Positions 26,830 to 39,700 of a DNA stretch of 64,000 nt are shown in pieces (positions within the stretch are counted from its first letter, which is position 1; each line of letters opens with the position of its first letter). The stretch is from Bugula neritina. Lineage: Eukaryota; Animalia; Bryozoa. The notes under the pieces are model-generated. The model was not told where the DNA came from. It made no database searches and saw nothing but the letters and a program-made list of their open reading frames with translations. Location: positions 16,151,292 to 16,215,291 of the forward strand of contig OZ037767.1 in assembly GCA_964035545.1 (NCBI GenBank), in the 5' to 3' direction. The position numbers and the translations under genes are program-made.

Positions 26830-29649
26830 AAGCAAGCTCACGCCCGGCCAACATTGCCGCCAACTTATTAAAGTCAATGTGGCACTTGTGTCGCTGCAGG
26901 AATAACATTCCCAAGATGGCATCCTGCTTAAGCTGACTGACGATGAGGGTCTCACTGATCATCTGATCACGGACTCTACCAGTCAGCTCTATCACTACAC
27001 GAACCCGTCCGCCAACGTGCCGTGTTCCCCTTCATATGGCTCCAGGTTCGCCCTATCTCCGGCATGGAGTGTGTCGAAAAGACACCGGCTCAGAAGATTT
27101 GTGGTGCACCCAGTATCCAACAGCTAGAAAGTTGCAGCTTTGCCGGCAAGTTTACTGAGCAGGAAATAACTGCTTCCATATGGCTGAGTGCTCACTGAGC
27201 GGTTCATCCCCAGAGGTGACACCTTATGTGCATGAAGTCAGGGATGCACCTGCGCTTTCCGGTTGCGAGGGGGTCGGCGACGTTCAGTGGGCAACCGAGT
27301 GACATCTCGGCCTTGCTTGCACGGCCGAGTGAAAGCTTGGCCCTGCTCACGCGTGAGCAGCCGAAGGAAATCTCGGTCTTGCCCCCACTCTTCGTACGCC
27401 CCCTTATCAGGCAGCCCTTCAAAGCGGTTTTTGAGTGGCCAAGTGGGGATTTTAGCAAACATTGCGGTCTGCTAACTCTCCGTGGGACTTGACACTCTGA
27501 TGAAAGCGGCCTCATCACTCGATTGAGCTTGAGCCTTGGTCGTGGCCTTGGTCTCAGAGGGTTAAACCGAGGCCCACGGTTGGCGAAGTCTACCGTGGGC
27601 CATTGTCGTTTAACTGTTTCCTCCCACCGTGGAGGCAGCTCCTCAAGAGGTGCCCACCACTACCACAACCCCAACACACAGGAGTTCGCCTGCCGACGGC
27701 AGTTGTCGGCGACCTAGCTGGTTGCTCAACTGCTGACTGTCGGCGGAGATGCCTGTTTTCGGCCAGCAGCTCCTGAACCAGGCTCGTCGTTAAGCCTGTC
27801 GGCTTGTCGGCTGCCGCCGTGGCCACGTGGCCAACATAGCCGATGACGGCAATACGCTGTCGTCGGCTTCTACTTGCTGTACAGTCGCCCCAGGCCGGCA
27901 CGTAATGTCAGCCTGGAAATATGCATACCCAGGCCGAAGAGCCCGCTTCATCGTCTTAACTTCGTCTACCACCAAATGCCTTTTTAAGCCCATGTTGTTG
28001 ATAGACTGGAGGAAGACATCTAGTGCCAAACTCTGTCGACCTTCTGCAGGCAAGTCGCCATAAGCAACCGTTCTACCACGTTTGCGGAAGGTCTCAAGGA
28101 AGTCTTCAGATCTCTCCTAACACAGGATAGTTAAGGGCAACCTTTTAGCTGCAACTGCCTTGCTGAGGTTTGCATTGTAATCATATAAGAATTCAGTACC
28201 AGTAAAATAAAATCTCACCCAATTGTGCTAGAGTCAAAATTTAAAAACTATGTTGTAGATCTTCTTTTTCTCCAGGGTAACTTTTTTGGAAATTTCAATT
28301 TTAATTTTTTTTGCAAAGTTATAGACAAAAAACTGCCCAATTTTGGCCAATTTTGCCTGAAAAGCTGACTTTTCAGTACCAGTAAAATATCTCAGCAGCA
28401 AAGCATGATATCTGAATAAAAATTGCACTGCTGGAATCCTGAGATACTTCTCCAGGGTAATTTTTTTTCTTTTTCCAATAACTCTTCTAGATTGCCCACA
28501 AATTGGTGATTTATACACTGAAAATGCCATATTTTTTCATAGTAAATTAGCAGCGCGCAGTGCTTCACGCTTCAATGAGCACTTAGGGATGAGAAGATAT
28601 TGGCGCGTACATGCTAATTACAGGCTTGCTAGCTGGCAGGCTATAATGAATAGCTTGCTTGGTACTTTGTTTATGTAGCGCCTATAATGGAATGTTGATA
28701 GATAACGCAGCCCTAATGAAGGTTGCTGCTTATTGGTTATAGTTTGATCTTAGGCTAAACAATTGCAAGTAGGCAACACGCATGCCGCCCGGCAGAGTAG
28801 TATTATTCAAGAACCTAAACTACATTTTGGGAGAAATTTATGATATTCTTAGTGAGGATGCCCTTAACTATCCTGTGAAGCCCCTGGAGATCTCGAGCAG
28901 TGAGCCCAAACCGGGCTTTCAACGCATTGAAGATGTCGCCGACATCCTGACCAATATCATAAGGTTTGGCTGATCCCATCAGGCACAACCACAGCTGGAT
29001 CAGAGCAATTCGGGCAGGCCATCGGCAGATGGCTGCTACATCTCTGAACTGGGCGATAAATTGCTCCACATCTTCTTCTCCTGAGAAGGTGGGAGCCCGC
29101 AAATGATACCTGTCCATAGGCAGCACTGGGCCGCCTATGACATCCTCTATAGCTGCCGGTTCAATCTGCTTCAGACGGAAATGTCTCCTTTGTCGGCCAT
29201 ATTCTTCTACTCCTCGGCCAGAAGCATTGGCTTTAAATTAATCCCACAGCTGTCACCACCGTTATTAATTTGCGCATTTACTTATTACAGGTTATTTAGA
29301 GCTAATGCAATGTTGCAAAGTTAAGAGTAAGAACAAGTTTATTTGCATGAAAGATAAACAAGTACCTAATTACTACACAAGTAAGAAAAGCATTACATAA
29401 TTACTGATATCAAAACATGACTTATCTAATTCAAAAATCACGCTACAATTCAACTGCGCTTATCCAAGAGCGCTGTCAATCAACTCTAATTAACCAGCCT
29501 CCTGTATGTCGTAAGCTGCTGTCCATTGTATGAGAGTTATTGGGTGCCGTACTAGGCTAGATATACGTCCTCCTAGAATACTTGGAATGCTAAAGAGATA
29601 CACTTGGAGTTGCCTGTTCGATATATACACAAAAGATAAAACTCCTACA
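26830..29649 (-). mobile_element. Ty3/Gypsy LTR retrotransposon, 3'-truncated (5' LTR, PBS, gag, protease)
   Basis: Putative LTR 29649-29261 starting TGTAGG; PBS TGGTGACAGCTGTGGGAT (29258-29241, tRNA-Leu-like); gag APTFSGEEDVEQFI; CCHC knuckle CWGCGSGGHLLRSC; protease LLDTGC...DAILGM; frameshifted; no RT/RNaseH/integrase or 3' LTR. Confidence 0.88.
28121..28877. mobile_element. CAC-ended non-autonomous DNA transposon (EnSpm/CACTA-like) inserted in Gypsy gag
   Basis: Perfect 19-bp TIR CACAGGATAGTTAAGGGCA, 2-bp TSD AA; removal restores gag LQGL|RRDLKTS. Confidence 0.85.
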
Positions 29650-30757
29650 ATATTAATATAGAACTCAATTCTGTTTTAACCGCTAGATAAAACAGTAAAT
29701 GAAACGTACAGGGTGTGTGTTTTGACTAGTTATACTCTAAAATTACAGCGAATTAAACTTTTCATGGAATTGCATGAATTTCCTATAACCTGATAAATCT
29801 ATTAAACTTGTTTTAAAATATTTGAAAGTTTGCTTATTTGTTGGTGACATTTTGAAGGGATATTGAGGAACAGAGATGGGTTTATAATCTACTAACAGAC
29901 GAAGTGCAGAATGCTACTAGTGATCTGGTGGTAAGAGTGCTGATGATTATAGCATATTAACATATGTATGTAACGGCAAGGTACAGTTGGCTACGCCAGG
30001 AATATCAGCTAACTGTTATTACTTCTAGTTCATGAAAAACGCCAAGTAATTTGTCTGAGCAGTAAATTATTCATTTAATTTCATAGTTACCTTATTGTAT
30101 TAGTGTGTATAGTTAAATGACACTTTAGTTAGTTGTATTATTTGAACTAATGAGTCTTTCATCCATCTTTTACCCGACAATTATTATGTATATTCAATTT
30201 TCTTATGATAAAGAGATAAAGAGTATTTTAAGACAGTTTATATAACATGAAATAAATATCCAAGTTCATATCTGTACTAACACTATCAAGAACAAGCATG
30301 AGAAATCTAAAGGTTTTACATAATATTTATTTACATGATGGGAAAAGAGGTTTACATTTCAGCGCATCTGTTTCAGTAACATCTCAAGTAGATATCAGTG
30401 TATTGGCAGGCAAAGAAATCAAGTTGCTATTTTGACCAATAAACAAACCCCATACATAAGATAATGAGCCAACTCTCACACAATGTCATATAATAGTATA
30501 TGATATAAATAATAAGCAATGCAATAATCGAGAAGGTAAAACAATATTTACAACAAGGTACAGCAATTGGTAAGATGAAATATAGATTGTGATGTATTAT
30601 AAAGTGTACTAGCTACAGCCATGGATGTTAATAGGTCATATTATAAATACTCTGCAATTTAATTCAATGGGTTTCTATCTTATTGATGGTTGAATGTTCC
30701 AGAAAATGTTATCTGCAGCAAATATGTTGTTGAAGAAAGAATATCTGCAGCAAAATC

Positions 30758-33700
30758 TTATTTCATGATGGAGTTTATTCGTTTATACTCCTTGTTATAC
30801 TCTTTCATGTTAAACTCAGCCTCAAACTTTTCCCTCCATTCGCACACTGAAGGAATCCTGTCACATGACTCTATGTTTAGCAGCTCTGTAAACATCTCCG
30901 CCCATAATCTCGACTTGTATATTCTGGAGAGGAGAAAACTCCATATAATAATTACATTATTCTCACTACTCCAAATAGTATAACAGCAATGTGAATACAT
31001 GTAATGCAGCTGTTGACAGAAAATATCAATAAAGCTCCTCGCCATCAAACTTATTATTACAACATAAATTGCTGGTAAGACAATTCCTAATATCAGTGAG
31101 AAAACTTGTGCCAGCTACAAGCCTACCTGTGCAAATTAAACTTGGCTGGTTGCCAAAGCTGGCCGTTGTATGTGACAAGCATGTAGTTTTGGAAGAGTAG
31201 AGTGTACACCGTGCCCAGTATTCCAAACAGATCCGTCTGAAATATGCATGATACTGCTGTGAATACAGTGTCAGTAATACTGTAATACTAGCTGAGTAAT
31301 ACAGTAATACTAGCTGAGTAATACAGTAATACTAGCAGAGTAATACAGTAATACTAGCTGAGTAATACAGTAATACTAGCTGAGTAATACAGGAATACAA
31401 GCTGAGTAATACAGTAATACTAGCTGAGTAATACAGTAATATAAGCTGAGTAATACAGTAATACTAGCTGAGTAATACAGTAATACTAGCTGAGTAATAC
31501 AGTAATACTAGCAGAGTAATACAGTAATACTAGCAGAGTAATACAGTACAACTAGCTGAGTAATACAGTAATATAAGCTGAGTAATACAGTAATACTAGC
31601 TGAGTAATACAGTAATACTAGCTGAGTAATACAGTAATACTAGCTGAGTAATACAGTAATACTAACTGAGTAATACAGTAATACAAGCTGAGTAATACAG
31701 TAATACTAGCTGAGTAATACAGTAATACTAACTGAGTAATACAGTAATACTAGCTGAGTAATACAGTAATACAAGTTGAGTAATACAGTAATACTAGCTG
31801 AGTAATACAGTAATACTAGCTGAGTAATACAGTAATATAAGCTGAGTAATACAGTAATACTAGCTGAGTAATACAGTAATACTAGCAGAGTAATACAGTA
31901 ATACTAGCTGAGTAATACAGTAATACTAGCTGAGTAATACAGTAATACTAGCTGCGTAATACAGTAATACTAACTGAGTAATACGAGACAGTACCTGGTA
32001 AGTCCAGGGTCTCTGTGTCTTCATCTCGATGCACATGAACCCTTCGGTCTCGTTGTTAGCGGTGAAGGTCGTTCCTCGAGGAAACTTAGACATGTCAATA
32101 CCTCTGCCAAAGTCTATCAGCTTTATGCTGGATGAGGAGTACGGCTTTTCGGGAAATACTTCGGGACTACACGGGGTAGAGTATACAGAGTAGAGTATAC
32201 AGAGTAGAGTATACAGAGTAGAGTATACAGAGTAGAGTATACAGAGTAGAGTATACAGAGTAGAGTATACAGAGTAGAGTATACAGAGTAGAGTATACAG
32301 AGTAGAGTATACAGAGTAGAGTATACAGAGTAGAGTATACAGAGTAGAGTATACAGAGTAGAGTATACAGAGTAGAGTATACAGAGTATACAGTGTAGAG
32401 TATACAGAGTAGAGTATACAGAGTAGAGTATACAGAGTAGAGTATACAGAGTAGAGTACACAGAGTATACAGAGTAGAGTATACAGAGTATACAGAGTAT
32501 ACAGAGTATACAGAGTATACAGAGTATACAGAGTATACAGAGTATACAGAGTATACAGAGTATACAGAGTAGACAGAGTAGACAGAGTATACCGTTTATA
32601 GTATACAGAGTATAACGACACTTACAACCCGCAGAAGAGGATGTTGTCTGGCTTGATGTCTCCATGAATTATCTTACAGCGGTGCATGACCTCTACAGCA
32701 TGCAGTAGCTCGATGGTGACGTACATGACTAACGACTCCGGGATCTGTACACAGCAGACGTAGACATGACTGAGCAGTGAGCAGAGTAGAGTGCAACTCA
32801 TAAACTGAACAGCCAATGAGAATACAGACACACGCCAAACAGCCAATAAGAACGCAGCTTACTTTACAAGAACTGCCCTTCATGCCGTTGACGAGGTTGA
32901 GAAGGGAGCCGAGGGGCACCAGTTCGTTGACCATGAGGGATCCGTCGGAGAAGAAGACGGAGTGGGTGATGTCCATCAGCTTGCTGCCGATATTTCTCTC
33001 GATGTCTTCGTCCATGCAGGATACTCGCTGCCGCAACTCCTTGCAGATGTACAGTTCCCACGGGCAGCTCGGCTTCTGTGCCTTCACACACACATCGTCA
33101 CTCTCGGAGAAAGCCGCAGAGTCAAGAGTGTTGCACATAGAGACTTTACCTGCGTAGAGAGACATACTCGTGTAATATAAACATATAGTAGTAATATAAA
33201 CATATAGTAGTAATATAAACATATAGTAGTAATATAAACATATACTAGTAATATAAACATATAGTAGTAATATAAACATATACTAGTAGTATAAACATAT
33301 AGTAGTCATATAAACATATACTGGTAATATAAACATATACTAGTAAAATAAACATTTAATAGTAATATAAACATATACTGGTAATATAAACATATATTAG
33401 TAATATAAACATACTAGTAATATAAACATATAGTAGTAATATAAACATATACTGGTAATATAAACATATAGTAGAAAAATAAACATATACTAGTAATATA
33501 AACATATACTGGTAATATAAACATATACTAGTAATATAAACATATACTAGTAATATAAACATATGCTAGTAATATAAACTTACCCAAGCTGGTGGATCTG
33601 TCGGCAGAAATGACAATAGCCTTGTAGGCAACGGCGAAACCCCCAACACCTACAAACACCGTGACAAGTAAATATCATATCCTAGTCTAGTCATGTGTAT

Positions 33701-36700
33701 CTTTAGTCTATTTGCACAGAAAACACCTACACAGAGAGAGCACCTGCACACAGAGAGCACCTACACAGAGAGAGCACTTGCACACACAGAGAGCACCTGC
33801 ACACACAGAGAGCACCTGCACAGAGAGAACACCTGCACAGAGAGCACCTGCACACAGAGAGAGAGCACCTGCACAGAAAGAGCACCTGCTGAAGAACTCA
33901 CCCAGCTTAGACACCAGCTTTACTGTGAGATTTGACACAGTCACCTGACTGCCAACTTTCAACTTGGGCATTGAATCTTTCCTGACTTCTACATTCTCAT
34001 ATGACGTGATGTCAACCTATGATACGTGGAGTATAGTATCATAGTATTAGAATATATAGTATCATAGTATTAGAGTATATAGTATCATAGTATTAGAATA
34101 TACAGTATCATAGTATTAGAGTATATAGTATCATAGTATTAGAGTATATAGTATCATAGTATTAGAATATATAGTATCATAGTATTAGAAAATATAGTAT
34201 CATAGTATCAGAATATATAGTATCATAGTATTAGAGTATATAGTATCATAGTATATTTGAATATATAGTATCATAGTATTAGAATATATAGTATCATAGT
34301 ATTAGAATATATAGTATCATAGTATTAGAGTATATAGTATCATAGTATTAGAGTATATAGTATCATAGTATTAGAATATATAGTATCATAGTATTAGAGT
34401 ATATAGTATCATAGTATTAGAGTATATAGTATCATAGTATTAGAATATATAGTATCATAGTATTAGATTATATAGTATCATAGTATTAGAATATATAGTA
34501 TCATAGTATTAGAATATATAGTATCATAGTATTAGAGTATATAGTATCATAGTATTAGAATATATAGTATCATAGTATTAGAATATATAGTATCATAGTA
34601 TTAGAGTATATAGTATCATAGTATTAGAGTATATAGTATCATAGTATTAGAATATATAGTATCATAGTATTAGAGTATATAGTATCATAGTATTAGAATA
34701 TATAGTATCATAGTATTAGAATATATAGTATCATAGTATTAGAGTATAGAGTATCATAGTATTAGAGTATATAGTATCATAGTATTGGAGTATATAGTAT
34801 CATAGTATTAGAGTATATAGTATCATAGTATTAGAATATATAGTATCATAGTATTAGAATATATAGTATCATAGTATTAGAATATATAGTATCATAGTAT
34901 TAGAATATATAGTATCATAGTATTAGAATATATAGTATCATAGTATTAGAATATATAGTATCATAGTATTAGAATATATAGTATGATAGTATTAGAATAT
35001 ATAGTATCATAGTATTAGAATATATAGTATCATAGTATTGGAGTATATAGTATCATAGTATTAGAATATATAGTATCATAGTATTAGAATATATAGTATC
35101 ATAGTATTAGAGTATATAGTATCATAGTATTGGAGTATATAGTATCATAGTATTAAAGTATATAGTATCATAGTATTAGAGTATATAGTATCATAGTATT
35201 AGAATATATAGTATCATAGTATTAGAGTATATAGTATCATAGTATTAGAATATATAGTATCATAGTATTAGAATATATAGTATCATAGTATTAGAGTATA
35301 TAGTATCATAGTATTAGAATATATAGTATCATAGTATTAGAATATATAGTATCATAGTATTAGAATATATAGTATCATAGTATTAGAATATATATTATCA
35401 TAGTATTAGAATATATAGTATCATAGTATTAGAATATATAGTATCATAGTATTAGAATATATATTATCATAGTATTAGAATATATAGTATCATAGTATTA
35501 GAATATATAGTATCATAGTATTAGAATATATAGTATCATAGTATTAGAATATATAGTATCATAGTATTAGAATATATAGTATCATAGTATTAGAATATAT
35601 AGTATCATAGTATTAGAATATATAGTATCATAGTATTAGAGTATATAGTACCATAGTATTAGAGCATATAGTATCATAGTATTAGAATATATAGTATCAT
35701 AGTATTAGAATATATAGTATCATAGTATTGGAGTATATAGTATCATAGTATTAGAATATATAGTATCATAGTATTAGAGTATATAGTATCATAGTATTAG
35801 AATATATAGTATTATAGTATTAGAGTATATAGTATCATAGTATTAGAGTATATAGTATCATAGTATTAGAATATATAGTATCATAGTATTAGAATATATA
35901 GTATCATAGTATTAGAATATATAGTATCATAGTATTAGAATATATAGTATCATAGTATTAGAATATATAGTATCATAGTATTAGAATATATAGTATCATA
36001 GTATTAGAATATATAGTATCATAGTATTAGAATATATAGTATCATAGTATTAGAATATATAGTATCATAGTATTAGAATATATAGTATCATAGTATTAGA
36101 ATATATAGTATCATAGTATTAGAGTATATAGTACCATAGTATTAGAGTATATAGTATCATAGTATTAGAATATATAGTATCATAGTATTAGAATATATAG
36201 TATCATAGTATTGGAGTATATAGTATCATAGTATTAGAATATATAGTATCATAGTATTAGAATATATAGTATCAAAGTATTAGAGTATATAGTATCATAG
36301 TATTGGAGTATATAGTATCATAGTATTAGAGTATATAGTATCATAGTATTAGAGTATATAGTATCATAGTATTAGAATATATAGTATCATAGTATTAGAG
36401 TATATAGTATCATAGTATTAGAATATATAGTATCATAGTATTAGAGTATATAGTATCATAGTATTAGAATATAGAGTATCATAGTATTAGAATATATAGT
36501 ATCATAGTATTAGAATATATAGTATCATAGTATTAGAATATATAGTATCATAGTATTAGAATATATAGTATCATAGTATTAGAATATATAGTATCATAGT
36601 ATTGGAATATATATAGTATCATAGTATTAGAATATATAGTATCATAGTATTAGAATATATAGTATCATAGTATTAGAATATATAGTATCATAGTATTAGA

Positions 36701-39700
36701 GTATAGAGTATCATAGTATTAGAATATATAGTATCATAGTATTAGAATATATAGTATCATAGTATTAGAATATATAGTATCATAGTATTAGAATGTATAG
36801 TATCATAGTATTAGAGTATATAGTATCATAGTATTAGAGTATATAGTATCATAGTATTAGAATATATAGTATCATAGTATTAGAATATATAGTATTATAG
36901 TATTAGAGTATATAGTATCATAGTATTAGAATATAGAGTATCATAGTATTAGAGTATATAGTATCATAGTATTAGAATATATAGTATCATAGTATTAGAG
37001 TATATAGTATCATAGTATTAGAATATATAGTATCATAGTATTAGAATATATAGTATCATAGTATTAGAATATATAGTATCATAGTATTAGAATATAGAGT
37101 ATCATAGTATTAGAATATATAGTATCATAGTATTAGAATATATAGTATCATAGTACTAGAGTATATAGTATCATAGTATTAGAATATATAGTATCATAGT
37201 ATTAGAATATATAGTATCATAGTATTAGAGTATATAGTATCATAGTATTAGAGTATAGTATCATAGTATTAGAATATATAGTATCATAGTATTAGAGTAT
37301 ATAGTATCATAGTATTAGAATATATAGTATCATAGTATTGGAATATATAGTATCATAGTATTAGAGTATACAGTATCATAGTATTAGAATATATAGTACC
37401 ATAGTATTAGAATATCCACTAGAGTTGCCCCACCTTTCTCAACACCTTGGCCTGCACACTCTCAGAGAAAGGGTTGGTGGGATCAATGAAGACAGTGGTG
37501 TTCAGCATAGCCTCGGTGAGCTCCGGGGGTTGATAGAACGTCGTATCCACCACTGGCGTCATTCTCTGTAACATCAGGTCTGATTTCACCATGTCATCCG
37601 CTCCAGCCGCCATCTCCCGCTCTCTTCTCTCACGATGTCTAAATCACAACACTCATCAGTTACTATAGCTCTCCATCAGACAGCAAAGATACGTAAACCA
37701 ACGCAATGAAAGTCAACTTCACCACTCACCAGTAGGTATAAACTAGAAACTCACCCAAATGGTGTTCACCCTGTTCGTCGGCAGCACACACAGCTGCGGC
37801 AGCGACAGACGTCTGCTGCCCGTCAACCGATGTCAGGTGCTCAGTTGGCTGAGAATCACTGCACGTCCTCGTTCTCGTGAGATCAGAGAAAACTCGAGTA
37901 TTCGCGGAGCTCGTGGCACTTTTACTGCTTCCTGTTGTGTTACGACTACTTCCTGTGTGACTACGAGTGCTGCTGGTGGCGTACGTCTCAAGACTATGTT
38001 CAGAGATGGCGCTGAGTAACAAAACAAGTATAGTAATAAGAATAGCACGCAGGAGACTAAGAATAGTAAATAGTAGACTAAGAATAGCACACAGTAGACT
38101 AAGAATAGCACACAATAGACTAAGAATAGCACATAGTAGACTAAGAATAGTATACAGTAGACTAAGAATAGCACACAGTAGACTAAGAATAGCACATAGT
38201 AGACTAAGAATAGCACATAGTAGACTAAGAATAGCACACAATAGACTAAGAATAGCACATAGTAGACTAAGAATAGCACACAGTAGACTAAGAATAGCAC
38301 ACAGTAGACTAAGAATAGCACACAGTAGACTAAGAATAGCACACAGTAGACTAAGAATAGCACACAGTAGACTAAGAATAGCACACAGTAGACTAAGAAT
38401 AGCACATAGTAGACTAAGAATAGCACACAGTAGACTATGAATAGCACACAGTAGACTAAGAATAGCACACAGTAGACTAAGAATAGCACACAGTAGACTA
38501 AGAATAGCACACAGTAGACTAAGAATAGCACATAGTAGACTAAGAATAGTATACAGTAGACTAAGAATAGCACACAGTAAACTAAGAATAGCACACAGTA
38601 GACTAAGAATAGCACATAGTAGACTAAGAATAGCACATAGTAGACTAAGAATAGCACATAGCAGACTAAGAATAGCACACAGTAGACTAAGAATAGCACA
38701 CAGCAGACTAAGAATAGCACGTAGTAGACTAAGAATAGCACACAGTAGACTAAGAATAGCACACAGTAGACTAATAATAGCACATAGTAGACTAAGAATA
38801 GCACACAGTAGACGCTGACCTGAGATGTTGAGTCATGGCAAAGTCTACGGATGGTCTGGCTGCCGAAGTGAACTTAGGAGCAGCTGCCGTGTTCTTTATT
38901 GAGCTGACTTCAAATTCCGACAGCGGTGCGGCATCAGAGTTAAACGGAGTGGAGGCCAGTCGGGCTTGCTGGGAGAAGTTGAACTCTGTGTGACACTCGG
39001 TCACCTCCCTGCAAGGAATGGCAGACGTGAGGAAAACAGTACGCTGTCGACAGCACATGCACACAGCAGCCTCCAGAAATCTGCTGAGTTAGTGTCTTTT
39101 AATATCCAATACTGGGTGGCTTGAAGGAAAATATCATTGTCATATACACTGACTGAACGCCAGAAAAGGAGAACATTTAGAGAGAAAAAGAACATGTTTT
39201 ATTTGGTGCTCAAAGCTAGTAGCTTACTGCAACACTTCTCAGTAATCTCAATTAGTATATAACAAGCCAACTCACAAAAATTGACTTTAAAAAAATTTTT
39301 TTTAGCTTATGCTTTTACAAAATAACTTGAATGTTCTAATTTAAGTGAAAAGCAGAAACAGCTGGATGATTTCCATCTCTAGGTAATGCTGTGCTAGTCA
39401 ATGCAAGAGAGAACATGTAGAGATAACATACTGTTGCAAAGTATCCGTGCTTTGTGGTGGGACTCTTGCAGGCTGATTCTCCTAAAACAGAAGGGAAATG
39501 AAGCTTTGGCTCTGTGGACTTATCTGTTGAGATGAATCATGACGAAACTCAATCCAAACCTTGACTTACAATATAAACTGCATCAGCCTAACAAGCACAT
39601 GCTTATATTATACTTTTACAGACTAACATTAATCCTATATGAAAGAGCGTCTTAGGATAGATGGCACTGTCAAGTGTGACAGGTGTGTCAAGTGTGGCAG

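Noticed and set aside
34033-37415. Regular 23-bp array as a possible CRISPR
   Set aside because: Head-to-tail repeats with no unique spacers, no cas genes, eukaryotic intron context.
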